A stretch of 64,000 nt of DNA from an uncultured Chloroflexia bacterium (lineage in GTDB: Bacteria; Chloroflexota; Limnocylindria; Limnocylindrales; CSP1-4). The notes under the pieces were generated by a model. It saw only the letters and a list, made by a program, of their open reading frames with translations, ran no database searches and was not told the origin of the DNA. The stretch covers positions 320,001-384,000 of the forward strand of contig CAWHXD010000008.1 in assembly GCA_963833225.1 (NCBI GenBank). The letters are read 5' to 3'. The position numbers and the translations under genes are program-made. Positions 24,560 to 35,772 of the stretch are shown piece after piece; position 1 is the stretch's first letter; each line of letters opens with the position of its first letter.

Positions 24560-24600
24560 GTAGCGGTGTCGCTCCAGGAGCTAGTAGCGGTGTCGCTCCA
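24560..24600. repeat. 17-bp direct repeat duplicating the aminotransferase 3' end
   Basis: gtagcggtgtcgctcca at 24560-24576 and 24584-24600. Confidence 0.8.
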
Positions 24601-25801
24601 CGAACCGCTCGATCCGCACCAGCGCCTCCTCGAGCTGCTCGTAGGCGGTCGCGTAGCACATTCGGACGTGACCCTCACCCGATGGGCCGAAGGCGCTCCC
24701 GGGCACAACGGCCACCTTCTCCTCGCGCAGGAGCTGCTCGGCAAACTCGTCGGACGTGAGCCCGGTTGAGCTGATGTCGGGGAAGGCGTAGAAGGCGCCC
24801 CGGGGCTCGAACGTCGGCAGGGCAAGCCTGTTGAGGCCATCCACCAGCAGCCGGCGGCGACGGTCGTACTCCGCGACCATGGCCTGGACCGCCGGCTCGC
24901 CGCCCTGGAGCGCCGCCAGCGCCGCGTCCTGGGCCACGGTCGGCGCGGACATGATCCCGTACTGGTGGACCTTGACGATCCCCTCGAGGATCGGCGCCGG
25001 CGCGCACATCCAGCCCACGCGCCAGCCGGTCATCGCGTATGCCTTCGAGAACCCGCCCATGAGCACCGTGCGCTCCCGCATCCCGGGCAGCGAGCTCAGG
25101 GCCCGGTGACGGTAGGTGCCGTAGGCCAGCCGGTCGTAGATCTCGTCGCTGTAGACGAGCAGGTCGTGCTCCACCGCGATCCGGGCCAGCTCGTCCTGGA
25201 CCGCGTCGTCGAGGACGGCGCCGGTCGGGTTGGCCGGATAGCCAAGGAACAGCGCCTTGGTCCGGGGCGTGATCGCCGCCTCGACCACCTTCGGATCGAG
25301 GGCGAAGTCGTCGTCGAACCTCGTGGGGACCATGACCGGTGTGCCGCCGGCGAACACGATCGCCGGGATGTAGGCGACGTAGCTGGGCTCGTGGAGGATC
25401 ACCTCGTCGCCGGGGTCGCATGTCGCGCGCAGGGCCAGGTCCACCGCCTCCGAGGCACCGACCGTGATCAGGATCTCCGTGGCCGGGTCGTAGGTCACGC
25501 CGTATCGGTGCTGGAGGTGCGCGGCGAGGGCCTGCCGGAGCTCGATCGTCCCGTAGTTGCTCGTGTAGTGGGTGCGTCCCTCGCGCAGGGCCTCGACGCC
25601 CGCCTCCACGATCTCGCGCGGCGTGTCGAAGTCGGGCTCGCCCACTCCGAGGCTGATGACGTCGTCCATCGTGGCCAGGATGTCGAAGAAGCGCCGGATG
25701 CCCGACGGGGGTACGGCGCGAACCCGCTGGCTGAGGGCGCGGTCCGCGAGCGGGGCGCGGTCCACGAGCGGGGCGCGGTCTGGAGTCGGATGGGTCGGCA
25801 T
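24581..25801 (-). CDS. Class I/II PLP aminotransferase (YugH/PatA-like)
   Basis: ISLGVGEPDF, YPANPTG, SDEIY, GFSKAYAMTGWRVG; leaderless ATG 6 nt after TACAAT. Confidence 0.93.
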   Translation of the reverse strand: MPTHPTPDRAPLVDRAPLADRALSQRVRAVPPSGIRRFFDILATMDDVISLGVGEPDFDTPREIVEAGVEALREGRTHYTSNYGTIELRQALAAHLQHRYGVTYDPATEILITVGASEAVDLALRATCDPGDEVILHEPSYVAYIPAIVFAGGTPVMVPTRFDDDFALDPKVVEAAITPRTKALFLGYPANPTGAVLDDAVQDELARIAVEHDLLVYSDEIYDRLAYGTYRHRALSSLPGMRERTVLMGGFSKAYAMTGWRVGWMCAPAPILEGIVKVHQYGIMSAPTVAQDAALAALQGGEPAVQAMVAEYDRRRRLLVDGLNRLALPTFEPRGAFYAFPDISSTGLTSDEFAEQLLREEKVAVVPGSAFGPSGEGHVRMCYATAYEQLEEALVRIERFVERHRY

Positions 25802-25890
25802 CCCTGAATTGTACGGCATCACCGGGCGCCACGACCCGCATTCCGCGATCCGCCACCGGCCGCTGCCCCGAGACCCGCCTGATGCCTCCC

Positions 25891-26043
25891 AGTCCACCAT
25901 TTCGCCTCGGGCCGCTCGGGGTGGGCCGCCATGCTGCCCCGGGGTCAATGGTTTCGCCCGCGTTGGCGGGTCCGGTGACCGGCACGCCACGACTTCCGGG
26001 TTTCGGAGGACCGTGAGGCTCGACGGCGGCGAAGTCGTGGACT
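25891..26043. repeat. ~150-bp intergenic element with 16-bp imperfect terminal inverted repeats
   Basis: agtccaccatttcgcc vs ggcgaagtcgtggact (14/16 complementary). Confidence 0.5.
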
Positions 26044-26166
26044 CCAGGGCAACACCCGTCAGCGCGCACCGGCGCGGCCGACGTCGGGGTAGCGGCGGCC
26101 GGCGCGGGATGGTTCGCGGGGTGGCACAGGCCATCCCGCGACCCAGCAACCCGGCCATCCGGTGCG

Positions 26167-27738
26167 TCAGGCGCCGGCGCCCACCCTGGGTTCCGCGACG
26201 GCGGGGTCCACCAGCCGGTCGAGGTCGCGCGGCCGCACCGAGCGCCACGCCACGCCTGCCGTGACACCCTCGAACGCCCGTGCCGCACGCAGCAGGGTCA
26301 GCTCCGACCAAGGCGCCCCGATGAGCTGCAGCCCCACCGGGAGCCCGTCCGACAGGCCGCACGGGACGGAGATCCCGGGCAGGCCCGCCATGTTGACGGG
26401 CAGCGTGCACACGTCGGCGAGGTACATCGCGACCGGGTCGTCCAGCTTCGCTCCCAGCGGCCAGGCGACCTGCGGCGACGTGGGCGCGACCAGGGCGTCG
26501 AAGCCGGCCGCCCAGAGCCGGTCGAAGTCGCGGCGGATGAGCGTGCGGACCTTCTGGGCCTTGAGGTACATCGCGTCGTAGTAGCCGGCCGACAGGGCGT
26601 AGGTGCCGAGCATGATCCGGCGCTTGACCTCGGTCCCGAACCCCTCACCGCGGGTGGCCACCGTGTTCGCGATGGAGTCGCCCGCGTCGAGGACGCTGTG
26701 GCCGAAGCGGACGCCGTCGTACCGGGCGAGGTTGGATGACGCCTCCGCGGGGGCGACGATGTAGTACGCGGCCAGGCCGTAGTCGGTGTGCGGGAGGCTC
26801 ACCTCCTCGACCGTCGCGCCGGCCGCCTCGAGGGTCGCGACCGCCTCGCGGACCCGCGCCTCCACCCCGGGCTCCATGCCCTCGACGAAGTACTCGCGTG
26901 GCAGCCCGAAGCGCTTCCCCACCAGCCACGCGGCGGCCTCGTCGTCCGCGGCCGGCAGCCGCAGCAGCTCGTCGGGGACGGCGATCGGTGCGCTGGTGGA
27001 ATTGCGGGCGTCCCGCCCGGCGACCGCGTGGAGCACGGTCGCGGCGTCACGCGCGTCACGGCCGAAGGACCCGATCTGGTCGAGCGAGCTGGCAAAGGCC
27101 ACGATCCCGTAGCGGCTCACCCGGCCGTACGTTGGCCGGATCCCGACGACGCCGCACAGCGCGGCGGGCTGGCGGATCGAGCCGCCGGTGTCGGTCCCGA
27201 TGGCGACCGGGACCTGGTACGCCGCAACGCTGGCCGCGGAGCCGCCGGAGGACCCGCCGGGCACCCGGTCCAGGTCCCACGGGTTGGCGGTGGGTCCATA
27301 GGCCGAATGCTCCGTGGATGAACCCATGGCGAACTCGTCCATGTTCGTCTTGCCCAGGATCACCGCGCCCGCGTCGTGGAGACGCTCCGTGACGTGGGCG
27401 TCGTACGGCGCCCGGTAGCCGTCAAGGATCCGCGAGCCGGCCGTGCACTGGCCGCCCTTGACCGACACCAGATCCTTGAGAGCCACGGGCACGCCGAGCA
27501 GCGGGTGAAGGGCCTCCATCGCCGCCGGGCCTCCGGCGCGCGCGACGGTCAGGCGGGTGTCGGCGGCGTCGGCTTCGGCAAGGGCGCGATCATCGTCGAT
27601 CGACAGCCAGGCATGCAGCCCACGATCGGTCGCATGCGCCCGCTCGAGGTGCGCGATCGTCAGCTCGCGCGCCGTCGTGTCACCGGCACGGAGGCGAGCC
27701 GCCATCTCGTGTGCCGCGAGCAGCGTCGGATCGCTCAT
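26167..27738 (-). CDS. gatA: Asp/Glu-tRNA amidotransferase subunit A
   Basis: Amidase signature [51 protein letters not shown]. Confidence 0.96.
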   Translation of the reverse strand: MSDPTLLAAHEMAARLRAGDTTARELTIAHLERAHATDRGLHAWLSIDDDRALAEADAADTRLTVARAGGPAAMEALHPLLGVPVALKDLVSVKGGQCTAGSRILDGYRAPYDAHVTERLHDAGAVILGKTNMDEFAMGSSTEHSAYGPTANPWDLDRVPGGSSGGSAASVAAYQVPVAIGTDTGGSIRQPAALCGVVGIRPTYGRVSRYGIVAFASSLDQIGSFGRDARDAATVLHAVAGRDARNSTSAPIAVPDELLRLPAADDEAAAWLVGKRFGLPREYFVEGMEPGVEARVREAVATLEAAGATVEEVSLPHTDYGLAAYYIVAPAEASSNLARYDGVRFGHSVLDAGDSIANTVATRGEGFGTEVKRRIMLGTYALSAGYYDAMYLKAQKVRTLIRRDFDRLWAAGFDALVAPTSPQVAWPLGAKLDDPVAMYLADVCTLPVNMAGLPGISVPCGLSDGLPVGLQLIGAPWSELTLLRAARAFEGVTAGVAWRSVRPRDLDRLVDPAVAEPRVGAGA

Positions 27739-27746
27739 CGGCGGCG

Positions 27747-28043
27747 TCAGTCCCCGCCCAGGATCACGGGCACGACGAACAGGTCGCCCTCGCGCCGCGG
27801 AGCGTTGGCGAGCACGGCCTCCGGGTCCATCGAAGGACCAGCGACATCCTCGCGCAGGATGTTCTCGAGCTCGATCACCTGGGCCGTCGGCGGGATCGAG
27901 TCAGTGTCCAGCTCGGCGAGCTTCGCGTACTGCTCGAGGATGTGGTTGAGCTCTCCCTCGAGGCGCGCCATCTCGGGTCCGGTCAGGCCAAGGCGCGCAA
28001 GGTGGGCGACATGCTCGACGTCGGCGCGGGTCAGCGAGGCCAT
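27747..28043 (-). CDS. gatC: Asp/Glu-tRNA amidotransferase subunit C
   Basis: [18 protein letters not shown]...LREDV...LANAP...FVVPVIL. Confidence 0.95.
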   Translation of the reverse strand: MASLTRADVEHVAHLARLGLTGPEMARLEGELNHILEQYAKLAELDTDSIPPTAQVIELENILREDVAGPSMDPEAVLANAPRREGDLFVVPVILGGD

Positions 28044-28102
28044 GCCCCCGATGATACGCGGGTGGGCACGCCGGACCGCGCCGGCCGGGGGCTGCCCATC
28101 GA

Positions 28103-29032
28103 TCAGGCGCGAAGACCCTCGTTCCCGGGCTGGGGAGCCGGACCCGGTGCCGGGTGGAGGTGGACTCCGTCGTCCGGGACGTGGGGGTCGCTGTTGGGGC
28201 GGACATGCGCCGCCCCGAGCGTCCGGGCGAGGAACTCGCGCGTCCGCGGGTCCTGCGGCGCGTCGATCACCTGGTCGGGCGGCCCGACCTCGAGAAACAT
28301 GCCTTCCTCGATGTAGTACACGCGGTCCGCCGCCTCGCGGGCGAAGGCCATCTCGTGGGTGACGACGATCATCGTCGCGCCCTCGTGAGCCAGGTCCTCC
28401 ATCACGTTGAGCACCTCGCCCACGAGCGTGGGGTCGAGGGCGGACGTCGGCTCGTCGAACAGCAGGACCTTGGGTTCCATCGTCAGCGCCCGGGCGATCG
28501 CGACGCGCTGCTTCTGGCCGCCGGACAGGCGCCCGGGGTACTCGTCCCGCTTCTCGGCCAGGCCGACCTTGTCGAGGTACTTCTCCGCGGTCACGATCGC
28601 CTCGTCCTGCGATACGCCCTTGACCCGGATTGGACCCTCGATCAGGTTGTCGATCACCTTCAGGTGCGGGAACAGGTTGAACTCCTGGAACACCATCTGG
28701 GCCCGCAGCCGGATCTGGCGGATCTGCTCGCGATGCTCCCGGCTCCGGCCGTGGAGCGGGTCGGCATCCACGCGCAGGCCGTCGATCTCGATGCTCCCGA
28801 CCGTGGGCTCCTCGAGGAAGTTCATGCAGCGCAGCAGGGTCGACTTGCCGCTCCCCGACTTGCCGATCAGGCACACCGTCTCGCGAGGGTAGACCTCCAT
28901 GGACACGCCTTTCAGGACGTGGTTGGCGGCGAAGAACTTCTGGATCCCCAGGGCCCGCACGATCGGTTCGGCGCCGGCGGGCGTCAGGGTTCCCGGCCGG
29001 GCGTACGGGTCGCGCTCGTCGATGGTCGTCAC
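28103..29032 (-). CDS. Polar amino acid ABC transporter ATPase (GlnQ-like)
   Basis: GKSGSGKST, VFQEFNLFPH, LSGGQKQRVAIARAL, FDEPTSALDP. Confidence 0.95.
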   Translation of the reverse strand: MTTIDERDPYARPGTLTPAGAEPIVRALGIQKFFAANHVLKGVSMEVYPRETVCLIGKSGSGKSTLLRCMNFLEEPTVGSIEIDGLRVDADPLHGRSREHREQIRQIRLRAQMVFQEFNLFPHLKVIDNLIEGPIRVKGVSQDEAIVTAEKYLDKVGLAEKRDEYPGRLSGGQKQRVAIARALTMEPKVLLFDEPTSALDPTLVGEVLNVMEDLAHEGATMIVVTHEMAFAREAADRVYYIEEGMFLEVGPPDQVIDAPQDPRTREFLARTLGAAHVRPNSDPHVPDDGVHLHPAPGPAPQPGNEGLRA

Positions 29033-29886
29033 AGCCGTACGTCACCCTCCGCGAGCCGCTTCTCGAGCCGGTCCTGGAACAGGCTCAGGATGATGGTCAT
29101 GAACCAGTACACGACGGCGGCGAGCAGCAGCGTGTCCAGGCTGCGGAAGTGGGACTGCCCGACCTCCTGTGCCCGCCACAGCAGCTCCTGGACCGTGAGG
29201 AGCGAGACCAGCGCCGAGTCCTTGATCATCGCGATGAACTCGTTGCCGATGGCCGGCGTGATGATCCGGATCGCCTGCGGCAGCACGATCCGGCGCATGA
29301 TGGTCCGGTCCTGCATGCCCAGCGCCGCCGCCGCCTCCACCTGGCCCCGAGGCACGGCCTGGATCCCGGCGCGGAAGATCTCGGTCATGTAGGCGCCGTA
29401 GTTGAACGCCAGCGCCGAGATGCCCAGCACGACGAGGTCGATCTGGGCGAACCCCTCCCAGATCTGCGGCAGCGCGAGGTAGAAGAACAGCAGCTGGACG
29501 ATGAGCGGTGTGCCCCGCACGAGGGACACGTAGAAGCTGGCGATCCCGTAGATCACCGCATTGCCGCTCAGCCGTCCCAGCGATCCCAGCGTGGCCAGCA
29601 CGACCGCGACGGCGATCGACGCGATGGAGATGATGAACGTGAGCGGGACGCCGCCCAGGATGTACGGGGCCCATTCGAGGATGAACTCGCCGTCGATCTT
29701 GCCGCCCAACGCAAGCGACCCGACGAGGACGCTCGCGAGCGCTACCCAGGTGAGGACGAAGGTGGTCCGGAAGCGCCCACGGGCCCGCGACCGCGATCGT
29801 GCGATCGCGGCGACGATCTCCGCCGGGCGCTGGCCCCCCATCGAGGCCTCGGCCGCCGCGTGCGCCCCGCTGCCTGAGCTCATCAT
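29029..29886 (-). CDS. Polar amino acid ABC transporter permease
   Basis: RGTPLIVQL, AYMTEIFRAGI, GQVEAAAALG, KDSALVS. Confidence 0.94.
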   Translation of the reverse strand: MMSSGSGAHAAAEASMGGQRPAEIVAAIARSRSRARGRFRTTFVLTWVALASVLVGSLALGGKIDGEFILEWAPYILGGVPLTFIISIASIAVAVVLATLGSLGRLSGNAVIYGIASFYVSLVRGTPLIVQLLFFYLALPQIWEGFAQIDLVVLGISALAFNYGAYMTEIFRAGIQAVPRGQVEAAAALGMQDRTIMRRIVLPQAIRIITPAIGNEFIAMIKDSALVSLLTVQELLWRAQEVGQSHFRSLDTLLLAAVVYWFMTIILSLFQDRLEKRLAEGDVRL

Positions 29887-29903
29887 CAGCTGCTCCAGCT
29901 AGG

Positions 29904-29932
29904 GCGAGGCCGCGCACGAAGCGCGGCCTCGC
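29904..29932 (-). terminator. Stem-loop between the SBP and permease genes
   Basis: gcgaggccgcgc-acgaa-gcgcggcctcgc, perfect 12-bp stem. Confidence 0.55.
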
Positions 29933-29946
29933 AGGCTTGCCTGGTG

Positions 29947-30988
29947 TCAGCCTCCCTGCTTGATGGTCAGATCCTCCCCGAACCACTTCATGGACATCGC
30001 GGTGAGGGTGCCGTCATCGTGCATGGCCTGCAGGATCTCGTTCACCTTCGCGACCATGTCTGTCGGGTCGGGGCCACTCTTGTCGAACGCCGCGGCGAGC
30101 GGCTCGTAGAACACCGGGTCACCGACCTTGACAACGGGCAGCCCGTCATCGATGGCCGCCTGGACAGTCGTCGAGGAGCTGAGCCAGCCCTCGAATTCCT
30201 TGCGCCCGGCCTTCCAGGCTTCGGCGCACTGGCGGTCCGTCTTGAGGGTGGTCGCCTTGACGCCGGCGGGCGGCGCCGTCTGTGGCGATTCGGTTCCGAA
30301 GTCCAGGGTGCCCTTGAGCCAGTCCAGGTAGGTGGTTCCCTTGCCGACGCAGACGGTCTTGCCGGCCAGGCCGTCGAGGGTGGTGATCCCGGTATCGGCC
30401 CTAGCCGCCATCTGGGCGGGGGTGTAGTAGTACGGGATCGTGAAGTCCAGGACCTCTTGGCGCTTGGTCGTGATCGTCATCGAGCCGACGCTGAAGTCCC
30501 AGCGGCCGCTCCAGGAACCTGCGGTGAGGGCGTCCCAGTCAGGCGTCTCGAATGAGATCGTCACGCCCAGCCGCTTGGCGATCTCGGTGCCGACGTCGAT
30601 GTCGAAGCCCTCGTACGTCCCGTCCTTCGTGATCACCGACTGCGGCGGGTACTGGGGATCGGTCGACATCACGATGTTGCCGGCCGTGAGGACCTTGTCC
30701 AGCAGGCCGCCGGGGATAGGAGTGGCAGGCGCCATGCTCTCGGGCGCCATGCTCTCGGGCGCCATGCTCTCGGGGGCCATGCTCTCGGGGGCCAGGGGGG
30801 GGGGTGTAGGGGTGAGGGGGGGGGGGTTGCACACTTGATCTCCGGCGGCGCCGTGTGCTCTCGGGGGCCATGCTCTCGGGGGCCTGGGTCGGCGCGGTGG
30901 TGGGAGCCGGGGTGGCTCCACCTCCGGAGCACGCTGCGACCAGAACGGCCGCAGCCCCGAGCATGGACAGCTGTCTGCGCAACAACAT
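29947..30988 (-). CDS. Amino acid ABC substrate-binding lipoprotein with (APESM)n linker, interrupted by a probable artefactual insert at ~30795-30855
   Basis: AAGGAGGAG RBS, MLLRRQ...LVAAC lipobox in one frame; SBP_bac_3 domain (YPPQS, GFDIDV, SMTITTKR, SMKWFG) in another. Confidence 0.85.
30729..30885 (-). repeat. 15-bp tandem repeat encoding APESM
   Basis: gccatgctctcggg(g/c), about 6 units, split by a G-rich insert. Confidence 0.85.
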
Positions 30989-31133
30989 TGACTCCTCCTT
31001 CGGCCGGCGACACCCGTGCACGTTGGTCGAGCCGGACCGCGGCATTATCCCCCTTTCTGGCCAACGTCTTGGTGAGCAAGGGCCGGATGGCCCCCGCTCA
31101 CCATCGCCGCGTTCGCGAGCAACGTGGCGTCCC

Positions 31134-31181
<48 letters not shown>

Positions 31182-31274
31182 CAGTCATCGACCTGTGCGT
31201 GGACCTCGCGGCAGCCTGGGTGAGGAGCGAGGGCGACGGTAGGGGGGTGAGGGGAAGGAGCGGCAAGGGGTGCG

Positions 31275-34917
<3,643 letters not shown>

Positions 34918-35007
34918 GGCGATCAGCATAGGCCGTCGGCCGCCTCGAACGCCGCCCATCTGTCGCCGGCGCCACGCCCCGCCCGCCAACAGCGTAGATT
35001 GCGCCCC

Positions 35008-35469
35008 ATGGACAAGAACGCGCTGCTCCGTGACATCCGCACCGGTCATGCCTCGATCGCGACCGCCCTGGCGGCCCTCGACGACGAGGCGCTGCTGGAC
35101 CCCGCGCCGGGAATGGAAGGCTGGACCCGCAAGGACGTGGTCGCCCACATCGAGTGGTGGCACGAGCACACCTCCAACGTGATCGAGGGCACCCGGACCG
35201 GGGTCGACCCGTACCCGGGCGACGACGAGTCGTGGGATACCGACGCCTGGAACGCCCTGATCCTGGCCGAGAACCGCGAGCGAACGGCAGCCGACGTGCG
35301 AACCGGCGAGGCGGCCTCGTTCACGCGACTGGTCGGGCTGGTCGAGGGCGTGGCCGAGGACGAGCTGTTCCGCGATGACTTCCAGCCGTGGCTGGATGGC
35401 ACGCTTGCGCAGACGGTGATCTCGGACTCCGTCGAGCACTACCCGGAGCACATCCCGCACCTCAGCTGA
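35008..35469 (+). CDS. DinB/ClbS/DfsB-like four-helix bundle protein
   Basis: GWTRKDVVAHIEWW and C-terminal EHYPEH His motifs; TAGATT 7 nt before ATG. Confidence 0.8.
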   Translation: MDKNALLRDIRTGHASIATALAALDDEALLDPAPGMEGWTRKDVVAHIEWWHEHTSNVIEGTRTGVDPYPGDDESWDTDAWNALILAENRERTAADVRTGEAASFTRLVGLVEGVAEDELFRDDFQPWLDGTLAQTVISDSVEHYPEHIPHLS

Positions 35470-35494
35470 CGCGGGCCGTCGCGCGACCGGTCCC

Positions 35495-35554
35495 CGACGG
35501 CCGGGGCTCGGGTCCCTTTCGACGGCCGGGGCTCGTGAGCCCCTCGACGGCCGG
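35495..35554. repeat. Direct repeat, 3 units, 25-bp period
   Basis: cgacggccgg(ggctcg) at 35495, 35520 and 35545. Confidence 0.75.
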
Positions 35555-35567
35555 TTTCGTGCCACAG

Positions 35568-35693
35568 AGTCAGAGGACGACTACTCGTCCCGTGGAGCGG
35601 CCGGATCGTCCGATTCGGCGCCTGTTCGTGTCAGGTAGTCGCGAGTCACAGGCGATGGCGCCAGCTTCACGGACCATCAGTCGTCCTCTGACT
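35568..35693. repeat. 126-bp long hairpin element with perfect 15-bp terminal inverted repeat
   Basis: agtcagaggacgact / agtcgtcctctgact; inner pairings gtcccgtggagc/gcttcacggac and cgcctgt/acaggcg. Confidence 0.75.
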
Positions 35694-35772
35694 TGCTGGC
35701 AGCGGTCGCCGCGGAATGGGCGTGCCAAGGCGCCCGGAAACCTGTCACGGCGCAGCCGGCGCCACCTCCGAG

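Noticed and set aside
25735-25790. 18-bp repeat encoding DRAPLV/DRAPLA at the aminotransferase N-terminus
   Set aside because: Short in-frame slippage repeat in a disordered N-terminus; no evidence of function
35495-35554. Short repeat arrays (also 12942, 24560, 45191) as possible CRISPR
   Set aside because: Only 2-3 units, spacers too short or absent, no cas genes
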